NCBI GenBank assembly: GCA_965235115.1
Contig: OZ249436.1
Location: forward strand, 26,848,001-26,912,000
Origin: Laetmonice hystrix
Taxonomy: Eukaryota
Length of the DNA stretch: 64,000 bases
Direction: 5' to 3'
Under the pieces are notes generated by a model, which saw only the letters and a list, made by a program, of their open reading frames with translations, had not been told where the DNA came from and ran no database searches. The translations under genes and the position numbers were made by a program. This document shows, piece after piece, positions 25,801 to 39,373 of the stretch (position 1 is the stretch's first letter; the number at the start of each line of letters is the position of its first letter).

Positions 25801-28507
25801 CTCATTCAGTTTATCCCTGCCCTGTCCGTGAGAAGATTTTCTCAATGGTTGAGAACCCCCCGAAGCAAGGCCTCCATGTTGACGTGTTGAGAAGCCAGTC
25901 TACCGTGTCGACCATAGAGACACCCGAGGAAGGTTGGAGGTGTCGGGGTTGGTGTGCCAAGTCGGTTTGCTATCCCTCCATCGTGCCCGCAGGCTCAATG
26001 TTATTATCTGGTCTTAGGGCAGCTGACTGACAGCACTAACCAGGCGTTCTGGCTTGCCCAGGTCTGCCCCAGGTGCAGGTCAATATGTCACAAATCCAGG
26101 TAAAGCCCGTCCGGCACACCTGCCTCGGCGATGAGCGCTCATCCCAAGCAGTGTTTACGTACAACCCTGCCACGCTGACAAGATAATTACCGGCTTAGAA
26201 ACGGGAGACCCCGTCATTTACATCTACATGTCGCATTTCATCTGAAAGTATGTTGGTAAGGGTGGGGTGGGGGGCACGGGGGGTGATACGGGGCGGGGTG
26301 TTTTATCTGTCACCAGAGGAGGTTGGGGTGGGCCGCTCACGGGTAATCCAAGAGACAAGGAGGGAGTGAGGATGTGGGTGACAGTTGCCATTTATGTGGA
26401 TAAGCCGACACGGATATCGGCTACAATGCTTACCATTCATTTCTCTATTGTATTGTCAAAGCTCCGATGCTTATCTCTTCACCCAAAACACGCCCTTAAT
26501 AAGCGATGACAAATAAGTCCCGGGATAACGTCTCTCCCCCGCCCCAAAAGTTTGCGTTTTCAATACGGACTTTTCCTTATAGAAATAAGGCGTCCCGTGG
26601 TTGTGATATTATGTGATGTCGTTTACGGCCTGTCACGATTCCAGACGCCACACGATAGTTATACGAACCGCACTGTGTATGGATTAGTAACTCGGTAAGA
26701 TAAATGCGTTCTCCATCTGAGCAGTGAATGGCGTTTTTATCAGATCGCTGAGAGACATGGAGGTATCGAGTGTGACACACAGGTATGTGGTGTAATAGTT
26801 CTTGGTCATGAAGTGTCACCCCCAAACGCTGGGGACTGGCGCGGTTAAGTAATAATGTAAACTATAGGAACGGGACATGAGAAGAAAAATTATACGGCGC
26901 TTTTGTGGACCGCTCTCTTTGGGGTCGTTATGGACATATTATATACTAGTACATCTAAGATTCCTATATATGAGGTTCAGAGAAACGTTGCTGACCCGGA
27001 ATATAATGTTTTTGACACTCGCGTGTCATCGTTAAGTGTGTGTATGGCTCCCATTCGCTGTGTAAAGACATTCGTGAAGTGATAACCTTGCCAATACACG
27101 AAACAAGGCAAACATCTTGGAATACTACCTACAAAGTTTTCTCCTGACCTCCAGGTCATTAAGATCCCAGAGATCGACCCTTCAAGTATACTTGTGGTCC
27201 TAAAATAACACGCAATTTGTCACGATCTGAATGCCGCTAAAATAGCTGTGGTCCCGCGACCCCCCACCCCTACACCCTCCCACACCGCACCAGCCGTAAC
27301 TATATATACAGTTTGGTGTGAAGACTAGGTGTTCAGCCTTGTGTCTGGGGGAGCTGGTAACGGTAGGTATATATATACTGAGAGGTTATAGGTCTCGGTG
27401 GGTTGATGCCCAAGTCAGCAGGCGGGGGGCTTGGCCAGGCCGATCCGAGCCAAACGCTAATTGATGTTGGGCACGCTCGTCATACAAAGACAGCTTGAAC
27501 TGAGAGCAAACGTTAGGCGCCGGGTCAGGAGAAGGTGGCGGCGTCTCCGTACTCCGTCACCCCATCCTACTACCTCTAGCACTGGTTCGGCAAACGATAC
27601 ACAGGTGGCGCTATACTCGTTTCTAACTGTTCCTATGACGTCCGTATGACGTATATTTGCTATATTACTCAGGGTTGCCCTGCAGTGAAGATCAAAATGA
27701 CGTTTGAAGAATAAGTAATTCCCATTCTCCGGTGTCTTTAAAGTGTAGGCCTACATACTGAAAGCAGACAGGGTCTAAGGTTGCATACCTGTCAGAGTTT
27801 TAGAGGGGGAATTATGCGCTATACAGAAAGATATACACCACCAGTCATATAGATGCACTATAAGCCTTCATGCATACCTCTTCATATACCATACGACACA
27901 TAATATATAAACATAGATAAGTATAAATCACATATCTATACATTCCCCAGCACCCATATGTATCAATATGCCCATTATAAATACATAATAAATAATGTAC
28001 ACGAATACGTATGCCTACACAGTATCGGGTCCAGGGGGCTCCTGGGGGCCCTGATCCATGTGTGACACACAACATGGGGTGGAGATCACAGTGTGCAGTC
28101 ACCAGCACAGTTCTAACAACGACAGAGGTTGTGGTTGTGGTGATGTTTGGGACCGGGCACCTACAGGATCCACGGATCAAAAGGTCACGTTTGTGGCCAG
28201 CTGGGTCAAACAAGAAGGTTGCGTGTTCCGTATAATTACCGCTACTATACATATAGTACTTATACAGGTGTACTTGCCCAAGTACCTACATTATACCTGT
28301 TTCCCTGGAGGTGTCCATCCATCAACTGCTTTCCCAGGCATCTGTTCATCAAGTACACACGTCTGATATGTAAGTGCATTTGTTGTTTTCAGTGTCATTG
28401 AAGGGACTTCTATCTGAGTAAAACTTGGGTCCGTGAGGTACCTTTACACGTTAAGTTAAGTGTAGGCCTAGGTGCAATGTCCAACGACATGTTACATAGA
28501 GACCAAT

Positions 28508-29231
28508 AATTTCATTGATTCTCATCTCTGTGTGATAAATTTTAGAGAAACTCATCTCTGGGTGATGATTTTCATAGATTCTCATCTCTGTGTGATAAAT
28601 TTCAGAGAGACTCATCTCTGTGTGATGAATTTCAAAGAGACTTATCTCTGTGCGATGAATTTAATAGATTCTCATCTTTGTGTGATGAATTTCATAGATT
28701 CTCATCTCTGTGTGATGAATTTCATAGCTTCGCATCTCTGTGTGATGAATAGATTCTCATCTCTGTGAGATGAATTTCGTAGATTCTCATCTCTGTGTGA
28801 TGAATTTCATAGATTCTCACCTCTTTGTGATGAATTTCATAGATTCTCATCTCTGTGTCATGAATTTCATAGATTCTCTTCTCTGTGTGATGAATTTCAG
28901 AGAGATCCATCTCTGTGTGATGAATTTCATAGATTCTCATCTCTGTGTGATGAATTTAATAGATTCTCATCTCTGTGTGATGAATTTCATAGATTCTCAT
29001 CTCTGTGTGATGAATTCCATAGATTCTCATCTCTGTGTCATGAATTTCATAGATTCTCATCTCTGTGTCATGAATTTCATAGATTCTCATCTCTGTGTCA
29101 TGAATTTCATAGATTCTCATCTCTGTGTCATGAATTTCATAGATTCAAAGAGACTCATCTCGTGATGAATTTCAGAGAGACTAATCTCTGTGTGACAAAT
29201 TTCAGAGAGATGAAAAGAGTCTATGAAATTT
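28508..29231 (+). repeat. 30-bp minisatellite, ~23 copies, ending in an inverted unit
   Basis: Consensus GTGATGAATTTCATAGATTCTCATCTCTGT. ~29205-29231 (GAGATGAAAAGAGTCTATGAAATT) is a reverse-complement unit. Confidence 0.96.
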
Positions 29232-29297
29232 GAGGAATATTGGTTGAGTTGAAGGGATCAAACAGTAATTTCCTCGGTCCCAAGGCCTCGCAAAATA

Positions 29298-31007
29298 TCA
29301 TCGATAGCCAACCCTTAACCCCTCCCCCCTCCCGAGACCCCCAAAATGTCACCTATATCCCAACCCAACCCCTAACTCTTGCCCCCGTCCCCAGACCTCC
29401 CAAATCTCACCGATATCCCTAGCCAACCGTTAGCCCCTACCTCCATCCTCAGACCTCCCAAAACCACCTCGATATCCCTAACCAACCGTTAACCCCTACC
29501 TCCGTCCTCAGACCTCCCAAATCTCACCGATATCCCTAAACCAACCGTTAACCTCTACCTCCATCCTCAGACCTCCCAAAACCTCATCGATATCCCTAAC
29601 CAACCGTTAACCCCTACCTCCGTCCTCAGACCTCCCAAAACCCCAGCGATATCCCTAACCAACCGTTAACCCCTACCTCCATCCTCAGACCTCCCAAAAC
29701 CTTATCGATATCCCTAACCAACCGTTAACCCCTACCTCCGTCCTCAGACCTCCCAAATCTCACCGATATCCCTAGCCAACCGTTAACCCCTACCTCCGTC
29801 CTCAGACCTCCCAAATCTCACCGATATCCCTAAACCAACCGTTAACCCCTACCTCCGTCCTCAGACCTCCCAAAACCTCATCGATATCCCTAACCAACCG
29901 TTAACCTCTACCTCCATCCTCAGACCTCCCAAAACCTCATCGATATCCCTAACCAACCATTAACCCCTACCTCCGTCCTCAGACCTCCCAAAACCTCATC
30001 GATATCCCTAACCAACCGTTAACCCCTACCTCCGTCCTCAGACCTCCCAAAACCACACCGATATCCCTAACTAACCGTTAACCCCTACCTCCGTCCTCAG
30101 ACCTCCCAAAACCTCATTGATATCCCTAACCAACCGTTAGCCCCCATCTCCGTCCTCAGACCTCCCAAAACCTAATCGATATCCCTAACCAACCGTTAAC
30201 CCCTACCTCCGTCCTCAGACCTCCTAAAACCTCATCGATATCCCTAGCCAACCCTAACCCCTATCCCCGTCCTCAGACCTCCCCAAACCTCATCGATATC
30301 CCTAACCAACCGTTAACCCCTATCCCCGTCCGCAGACCTCCCCAAACCTCATCGATATCCCTAACCAACCGTTAACCCCTACCTCCGTCCTCAGACCTCC
30401 CAAATCTCACCGATATCCCTAGCCAACCGTTAACCCCTACCTCCGTCCTCAGACCTCCCAAAACCTCATCGATATCCCTAACTAACCGTTAACCCCTACC
30501 TCCGTCCTCAGACCTCCCAAAACCTCATCGATATCCCTAACCAACTGTTAACCCCTAACGCCGTCCTCAGACCTCCCAAAACCTCATCGATATCCCTAAC
30601 CAACCGTTAACCCCTACCTCCGTCCTCAGACCTCCCAAAACCTCATCGATATCCCTAACTAACCGTTAACCCCTACCTCCGTCCTCAGACCTCCCAAAAC
30701 CCCAGCGATATCCCTAACCAACCGTTAACCCCTACCTCCGTCCTCAGACCTCCCAAAACCACACCGATATCCCTAACTAACCGTTAACCCCTACCTCCGT
30801 CCTCAGACCTCCCAAAACCACACCGATATCCCTAACTAACCGTTAACCCCTACCTCCGTCCTCAGACCTCCCAAAACCTCATCGATATCCCTAACCAACC
30901 GCCCTACCTCCGTCCTCAGACCTCCCAAAACCTCATTGACATCCCTAACCAACCGTTAACCCCTAACGCCGTCCCCAGACCTCCCAAAATCTCATCAATA
31001 TTCCTCA
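29298..31007 (+). repeat. 59-bp C-rich minisatellite, ~29 copies
   Basis: Consensus CGATATCCCTAACCAACCGTTAACCCCTACCTCCGTCCTCAGACCTCCCAAAACCTCAT, with degenerate edge units. Confidence 0.97.
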
Positions 31008-31836
31008 CCCTGACCGTAATTCTAAGGTTTACTCATAGCGTTATCATTTCATTTGGGAATAAAGATTTTTATGAGATTTTTTATGAGATTTTTAAAAAAG
31101 ACTCCGCGCAGCAAGCTGCTAGTTTGCCGCCCCCATCCCCCTTCCAAAATCTTGAATCCACCCCTGGTTCAGAAGTTGTTATCCAGAAATAGAACAAATG
31201 ATTCCAGTAAATTGGAAAATAACCAATACCATGGAAAAGGGGTGCAGGCACAGAGCCATGATCGAACTTGGTTCTATTGACCATTGTACTTCTGTCATGG
31301 GGTGTGGGGACACATGCATTTCCCAACGGAACCTATTATACTCGGGTAACATGCAAAACTGATCACTATGCATGCAAACCCTCGGTTACGCCTCTGCGGT
31401 TTCCACCAACGTTTGACATGGCGCGCTTCATCCTTCCGTGAGCTCATATTGGCTGTCGTCTTGAGCTTCCGACCACAGGTGAAAGTAAAACACCTGCTAG
31501 TCTTGTGATGGGTGTATTGCAGATGTCAGAAGAGCGATAAACCAAGGCAAACTCGGCCCTGTCACAGAATGATATTTTGGCTCAAGCGCTCCCTGTCTTT
31601 ACATGAAGGCATGGGCGCTGTCTTTCGTTGACACTGAACATGTCATTATAGACCAACAACAACAAAGGAGATAATCACTCTTGGCATGGAGACTTTCTGT
31701 CAGGCTTGTTGACCTTGGGCCGCACACATGACTAGATAGTAAACCGTTTACTTGGATATACACGTTTTCCAGCTGCAATGGCGCAGATTGAAAAGCGTGA
31801 GTGCAGGCGTGTTAAAAGTCAGTTATATTCTCCGGT

Positions 31837-31903
31837 TGTGTGCCCTGCGCTTTGTGTGCCCTGCACTTTGTGTGCCCTGCACTTTGTGTGCCCTGCACTT
31901 TGT
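31837..31903 (+). repeat. 16-bp tandem repeat, 4 copies
   Basis: TGTGTGCCCTGC(A/G)CTT repeated. Confidence 0.9.
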
Positions 31904-33834
31904 ATGACGGACAGAAGTACGTCGACCTTGTGAACGGAGTACCTTGCGACACAGGGAATGAGGTCAAAGTTCAAACGGAGCATGTGGAAATTGAGATATT
32001 CCATTGTAATGTGCCAAGCGTCTGTTGTTGGCCTCAAGGAATTACAGCTGCGAAGGAGTTGCCAAATATTTGGCAAATTGGCGGTTATGACCGGTGCATG
32101 TGTTAGGACAAGAACACCAAGTCATGCACTTAGGATCATAGTGAATATACACTAAACATATTCAATCTTTGGATGAAAAAGCCCATCATACATTTGGCAT
32201 TTCCCCCTGCGTGTACGTATAAAATCTGCATTGAATATTCAAGTGCTTCCAGAAACGTTAAATGAATCATGTCACTTATTTCATATAGATTTTACAAATT
32301 GGCGAAAATACTGCTTGTAGCCTGGTAATTATGTTCCATAGCACTCCCTACTTGCCTGATTGGATTTCATGCCTATTTTTTAAAAATATTTAAACCAGAA
32401 AATTTGGAATGACGCACGTCTTTTTCTAGACCTGCAGCCCACAGGCTACGCGATAGAGTTTTAGCCGGGTGACTTTACACTCTTTTCACAGAACGCGAGA
32501 CTATAGCCACAATCACGTGATCTTCTCACCCGTTGCAACGCTATGCCTGCAGGTCAGACATTCCCGATGGGGGAAGGCAGCGTTGTTTCTGAGTGTTCTC
32601 GACAAGAAATGTGAAATGTGAAGGTGACAGTGCATTTCGCTGCTGTCTGTTTACAATACATAATGTATATTAAACATAGGAAGTAGACTCTCTATCCTCG
32701 GGACAGAAGGTGCATAGATTTTGACGAGGTAAGCGTGAAACCAGGTCGAACTGCATGGCTTCCCAGAACCCTCAACCAGGGTGCCATGATTGCTTTAATG
32801 TGTGTCCAAATCTTTGTCCATTAACTTTTTGTTCGACGTTTATTAATTTTGATTAGTCAGTCTTAAGAGACCTCAACCAGTGATATACCAGAAACTACAT
32901 ATCCATGGTCTCCTTTCAATGTGAACTTTCCATCTGTCAGCGAGTCATAGAATGGCATTCAGGCTTGATTTGAGAATCTTGCTTGAGAGTAACTGTGAAG
33001 TCTGATACAATGACAAAACCCGTGATTTACCAGAATACGAGTGTTTGCGACTTTCTTTCATTTGCTTAATGGTTGAAACACATTCTTCGGGACCGCATTA
33101 AATACCTGTAATACTGTAGTGTAATACTGTAATATATTCGTCTTTACGATCGGCGGTTTGAATGGTTGCCCTGATCCACACGCTCCTCAAATTGCAATGA
33201 GTGGAACCAAAAGTTGACTTGATTTTTTTAATATTTCCCATAATCTTTTTCTTCAGAGATCAAATATAGTCCTTTTCCTCAAAGATGTGAAACCGACTTA
33301 CAAGATTTATCTCTGAAACAAATCGCAAAACGCACAATGAGGTGACCGTCTTTATTTCTAAGAATCACGAGAAAATCGCAGGGTTTTATTTTCTAAAGGT
33401 CCACATATTTCAGGATTTAGACAGGAACTAAATCAAGCCAGGAAAGATTTTTACAGTTTTACATATAATTACATATAATTAGTCCAAGACATATCATCTT
33501 TAAAAATGACTGCGCCATACAACACATAGCGGTAATGATCTATATTCTGGCGGAGACCCATCTCTCACTAGTCAGATAATGACCCAAATCACGGGCTGCG
33601 AGTGGCACACTCCAAGTCATAGAAGGTTCTGACTGCATGCGACCGTCTGCAGCCATCAGGAACAGGGCCCGGCTCATTTTAATTATCGAAGTGTCTACTG
33701 CCAAAGTACTTTGGGTGGAAGACGACCAAAACGCTATTGTCAAAGTACCAATCAGAAGCTTTGTTACATATGACCTAGATTTTTTGGCGCCAAAACTAGG
33801 ACCAGGAGGTGCCATCTTGACTAGTCCTGCTATA

Positions 33835-34001
33835 ATGAAGCTAGGTGACACGTTTCCGACGGACCATAGCTTTTCTGAGGCATTTGACCAGTACAAACAG
33901 GGTCAGAATGTTGTTTATCACATATACGCCCCAGAAACTGTGAAGACGTATCTACAAAAACATCCAGGAAGACAAGACATACGGATCCCAGAGGGGATAA
34001 G
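33835..34001 (+). pseudogene. First exon of a ZSWIM3-N-like / MULE transposase
   Basis: MKLGDTFPTDHSFSEAFDQYKQGQNVVYHIYAPETVKTYLQKHPGRQDIRIPEGI is followed by an AG|GTTAGT donor. It fits the LGxxF...FxxAxxxY...V...TV...IP pattern of ZSWIM3/MULE N-terminal domains (by eye). It starts ~80 bp inside the left TIR. Confidence 0.55.
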
Positions 34002-34182
34002 GTTAGTTCATTTCTACATTATTTGACATAATTAACGGTAACTCAGAGCGAGGTTAAAATCATTTTGCCAGGATTGTTACAGGGCTGCAACAAGGCCAGA
34101 CCTTAGCTATTACAGAGGTGATTATGATATCACCTTATGATATTTATGTAGGCCTACCGGGTACCATAAATATTATCGACCC

Positions 34183-35036
34183 TGTCTAAAACCCTGCTGC
34201 TTGCTGCCACAGTACTTTGACAATAACCATGCAGCATTGTTATTGCCAAGGTACTGTGGCAGCAAGGCGTAGGGGGTTAGGCTGTATTGTTATTGCCAAG
34301 GTACTGTGGCAGCAAGGGGTAGGGGCTTAGGCTGCATTGTTATTGCCAAGGTACTGTGGCAGCAAGGGGTAGGGGTTAGACTACATTGTTATTGCCAAAG
34401 TAATGGTGCAGCAAGGGGTAGGGCGTTAGGCTGCATTGTTATTGCCAACGTACTGTGGCAGCAAGGGGCAGGGAGTTAGACTGCATTATTATTGCCAAAG
34501 TACTGTGGGAGCAAGTTGCAGGGGGTTAGGCTGCATTGTTATTGCCAAAGTACTGTGGCGGCAAGGCGTAGGGCGTTAGCCTGTATTGTTATTGCCAATG
34601 TACTGTGGCAGCAAGGGGCAGGGGGTTAGGCTGCATTGTTATTGCCAAAGTACTGTGGCGGCAAGGGGTAGGGCGTTAGCCTGTATTGTTATTGCCAATG
34701 TACTGTGGCAGCAAGGGGCAAGGGGGTTAGGCTGCATTGTTATTGCCAAAGTACTGTGGCGGCAAGGGGTAGGGCGTTAGCCTGTATTGTTATTGCCAAT
34801 GTACTGTGGCAGCAAGGGGCAAGGGGGTTAGGCTGCATTGTTATTGCCAAAGTACTGTGGCGGCAAGGCGTAGGGCGTTAGCCTGTATTGTTATTGCCAA
34901 TGTACTGTGGCAGCAAGGGGCAGGGGGTTAGGCTGCATTGTTATTGCCAAAGTACTGTGGCGGCAAGGGGTAGGGCGTTAGCCTGTATTGTTATTGCCAA
35001 GGTACTGCCGCAGCAAGGGGCAGGGGGTTAGGCTGC
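34183..35036 (+). repeat. 50-bp minisatellite (~16 copies) with 100-bp dimer periodicity, preceded by one inverted unit
   Basis: Consensus GCATTGTTATTGCCAAAGTACTGTGGCAGCAAGGGGTAGGGGGTTAGGCT. From ~34530 two variants alternate. ~34183-34235 is a reverse-complement unit. Confidence 0.95.
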
Positions 35037-35641
35037 TTTGCGATTACCAATTACTCTTGCCACTGGTGTCCACTTTTTCCAAGTGTTCCATATTACTATA
35101 CAGATTCAGACCAAATTACCGCAGGCTGTTTTACTGTAACTCTCGAAGGAAGTTCTTAAAGGCTTTTTTTCAGGGTTACACAGTTTTGCATGTTAATTGG
35201 CATCTTAAAATTATATAGGCCTACATGTATATAAGTAGGCCTACATTACCTTGACTACGTCAGCAAACTACGAGTATACCTTCTGTTTTTACACCTAAGA
35301 TTTTCTCCACACCGACAGTTGTAATTCTCTATGTTCAATGTGAAGGGTCGTTGACAATAAAGCTCATGTTCAAAATATAGTACCACTTGACTTCCTGACT
35401 TTATTCTGTCAATAAACGTCATGTTCAGACAGCGTCACCTGACAAAGTACTTCGCCATCGAAAATGTCCCTGTGTGTCATGAAAAAGTGTGTCAAGACTA
35501 AATCTCAGGTCCAGAGATTTCATGTTTCCAGACAAAAAGGACGTTGGCTCAGTAGGTCATGCTTAGAAATTGTAGTATAGGCTTAATCACACTTTTTCCT
35601 GTCAAAGTAGGCCTACTTTGGTATTAAAAACCGTATTGATA

Positions 35642-35793
35642 CAGGGCGGATCCGGGATTTGGGAAGGGGGTGGGGTTAAAGGGAAGAAATTTCTCGGGGA
35701 GGGGAGTAGTCATGGACAATTAAGACCGTTCAATGGTGAAAAAAGACAAAATTGGCTACGGGGGTTAACTCCCTACCCCCGGATTCGCCACTG
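35642..35793. mobile_element. 152-bp MITE with CAG(T)GGCGGATCC-type TIRs nested in the MULE-like element
   Basis: CAGGGCGGATCCGG ... CCGGATTCGCCACTG; same terminus type as 11847-12459. Confidence 0.55.
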
Positions 35794-38104
35794 ATATTCT
35801 GAACGTATCCTAACAACTTTTGTGCTTTCACACTTCAGTGCATGTAGATCTCTACCTATAGACTTTGGTAACAGCGCTTCCAGACAAAGTTCTTCGTCCA
35901 CATGTGCAATAAGAGTTCCTGACAAAGTTGCTGACAAAGTACTTTGATACTGAAGCCCACGGTCTTCTGCACAATCGTGTGGCTTTATAATGCGGACACA
36001 CTACTTTGTTACATGCATCAACCCCGAGTTGACCGTATACATGTTTCTTGCTTCCAAAGTACTTTGGCAGGATCAGGCAACAAGCAGTTTGTAAGCCAGT
36101 CGCCCATTGGTACTTTGGCAGCAATTACCCTGGCTTGTTGCTGCCAAAGTACAAATACTGTATTTTGATTGGTACTTTGGCAATAGCCTCTTGGTGGTCT
36201 TCCGCCCAAAGTACTTTGGCAGCAGCCATTGCCTTTAATTATATACAATAGTTTATAACGACTCGACCACTGTCAATAAAGATTGTTGCATAATATTTCT
36301 TGTATTAGGAACAGAGCACTCTTGCACTGGGTACAAAGGATCATCGTGACGTCACGAAATGAGCGATAATGAAGGTTAGAATAACATTAACGTCCCGTGC
36401 AACTATTGAACGAACATCTTTTCTCCCCTAAATGATGACATCACGGCAGTTTGGTGACTTGGGCTTTGAACTCTGCCCATCTCAGAATGAACTACGTATT
36501 TTTCAACATTGCTACATAGATTCTCTATAATTATCTTTCAGGGATTCGGTGTTTCAGCGGTTATTGCCGTAAGGTTGCTAATAAACAAATAAACTTCAAT
36601 GAAATGCACAGTCCAGCCGAACCTGTTATTTTCATATGGGCGGAACAGATCTTCGGAAACAAACACACACGTGTTCAATATATTGATCCATTGAGTTAAT
36701 TGCGGTTTAAAAGTGTTTATAAATTATGTATAAATCAGAAAAGCTACTAAAGACGAAGTGGCATGTACCGGAAGCCTGAGATCCGGGCTTGATGCCATCG
36801 TTGTAAATATCTGCCTAACGTCTCGTAGTGACTATCAGCATGCGTGTGAAATTAGTATTGTACAACATAAGAATATGACGTTACTAGTCATAAAAAAAAT
36901 CTGGTTTCGATCTCGACGACATCCCATGCAACCCTCTCTGCCATTATAGATGAACTCAAGCGCTGATTGTGCTGGACGAGGAACAATATTATACACGCAA
37001 CGGTTCTTGGCGCTGGAGATTGTCTGGCTTGGGTCTGGCACTGGTTTGGTGGATCCCAACCCGCCCATTGAATGCTCGGTCGGCGACCATTCAACCTGCC
37101 GATCGTAACTGCTTCTGATTGAAGGTTTGCGTGTTAAGTCGGGTTCAGAATGAAATCACAAAGTCTCATTCAGTGGACCACAAAGAGTTTATTCATGACA
37201 ACTTATCATATTTGTACAAATAATCGGCAAATGATTGCGCGTTAGGACCTTAGCGGCAGCGTTTATTACTCGTTTAGAGGCGCGCTGCGTATCAAATGAG
37301 CGAAAACAATATTTTAATTTAGCGTCTGATTACAGCAATTTGTGTGGGGAGAGTATTTCCATTACGAGCTCAAAATCTACTTCCTCTCCCGCCAAATTGG
37401 GAGAACAATGCAGCAGTAGGGTGGCAACTCCTTCCTTTAAAAGAGTTCCCACCCTCTATACTATAGTGAAAGGCACCAAGTGAATGCCAAGCATATACAT
37501 TTGTATACCGAACCTCAAGGATCAGAGAAAGCTGCATGCAGACCACCACACCATCTTATTTCAACTGGCCAGCTATAAAAGACTCTTTATCCAATTTGCC
37601 GCAGAATTTAACCAGAATTCTTCCAGCTAGATTTTCAAGAAAGCGCACGCGTCCATAACATGAGGAATGTGTGAGAATGCAAGCATGGGAGAGGGGGGAG
37701 GTGGGAGGGTCGGGCAGGGTGACAATTTGTTCTGATTACATTGCGGGTAGCGCTCGTTGGTTATTGTCACTGACAGCCAGAGATCTGGGTGGGGGTCGAC
37801 TCATGGGAACGCACCCGGCCTGAGCTGGCTGGTACGGCCGGACAATGAACCAGCAGGCGAAGGCCGGCCAAAACCTCAACCCTCCCCACACGGCCGCCAC
37901 CGACAGCGTTGACAGGCCACGAATTCCAACATGACATTTGGTGACAGTCAAACCGTGCTGTGATCATTATGTTGTGAGACGTCCTGTATAAGTCGACTAA
38001 TCCGTGCTGTTTGTATGTATATACATTATACGGTAATGGGAACGGTAAATGTTGTAGTGGTAGGAAGGTAAGTGGGTAGGTAAATATGTATGTATAGGTA
38101 ATTC

Positions 38105-38170
38105 GGTAGGTAGGTAGGTAGGTAGGTAGGTAGGTAGGTAGGTAGGTAGGTAGGTATAGTAGGTAGGTAG
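38105..38170 (+). repeat. (TAGG)n microsatellite
   Basis: Direct reading. Confidence 0.95.
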
Positions 38171-39373
38171 CTATACATAGATACATGTACATGTATGTGC
38201 ATATCATTATTAGTGTGCATGTACAATGTATGTATCTACACTAGAGAACTTGAGGGAGGGGACATTGGGCCATGCCCCCGGGATGCCAATGATGGTCAAA
38301 GATATCGGTATTATGCCACAGTTAGAGTTCATCCCCGTCCTTCGGAAATATTGCTCCGACCCCCCCCCCCCCTCCCCCGCCCCCTTTCATGTGATCGATT
38401 TTGTAACTACGTCACTGCACATCCGTTTGTGCATGTATGCTGTATAGGCCTATACGAATATATATGTATTGTTGTAAGTATAGGAAGGGAAGAAGTCATA
38501 GCTGCAATTAAAATTATGCATGGATGTATACAGCAACTTTCGGTTGTAGTAGATGAACTGTTTGACAATAGGCCTACACCCACATGTATCACACACCAAC
38601 ATACACCACACACGTCATATCTGCAACTCTCTATAAGTTACCATCGTTGTCAGTCCAGGTGTTGGACCATTTTAATCTACGCACGCATGTATCCATTCAT
38701 ACCTGATAGTACGAGGTGTAATTATTCAATATAACACATGGTTTCATAATAACCATATAATAGAGCGGTAAATACGGTATAATAACGATAAGTACACCAT
38801 AACTTTTGCTTGTTACGCAGTTACTATACCAGGTATAGCAAACATGTATACCCACAGACACATAATGATTTGTTAAGAGCGATAAGTGAGTTTCCATTTA
38901 TGCTCACATTTTGATAGCATAATATAATGAGGATGACATTAATAGTATCACTGTCTGAATAATCTTGATGAAGCGTCACGTATCTATCTAAACTGATATT
39001 GGCAGCTATTATTATGATATACTGAGAAAGGATACATATTATGTCGAATTCAGAATTCCAACTTGACTTTTTTTGTACTGGGATGTTTTTGGTCTCTCAT
39101 TGTAATGACACCTGTTGTATTGCCTAAATGTAATAAATGCATTTATTAACCTCTGGGATTACTTAGACACGATTGTGCACCGTTATCGTGCTGGACAGGG
39201 TTGTTATACGTTTGGCCACTGAGTTTATACACTCTATATTAATGTTTTTTTTTAAATGTGATCGCTGATCTTTTTTGGTGTGTGAGTAGCAGGAACGAGT
39301 CGTACAAAAATATAACATGCAGACATTGAGATACTGTTATATAATGTATACATCCTGGCAAGCAAACTTTCCG

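Larger units (their letters stand above)
33693..36227 (+). mobile_element. Mutator-like (MULE) deletion derivative with ~62-bp TIRs
   Basis: Left end GTCTACTGCCAAAGTACTTTGGGTGGAAGACGACCAAAACGCTATTGTCAAAGTACCAATCA matches the right end (reverse complement) GGCTGCTGCCAAAGTACTTTGGGCGGAAGACCACCAAGAGGCTATTGCCAAAGTACCAATCA. CAAAGTAC motifs are scattered inside. A coding exon resembles MULE/ZSWIM3 N-termini. TSD not resolved, so the superfamily is inferred. Confidence 0.65.

Noticed and set aside
28472..29165. ORFs of repeated CVMNFIDSHL
   Set aside because: An artefact of a 30-bp unit divisible by three; there are frameshifts and no non-repeat coding context.
28508..31007. CRISPR-like regular repeats
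   Set aside because: The units are head-to-tail with no unique spacers, there are no cas genes, and the context is eukaryotic.
29298..31007. Interstitial telomere (CCCTAA)
   Set aside because: Only isolated CCCTAAC within a 59-bp unit; no (TTAGGG)n run.
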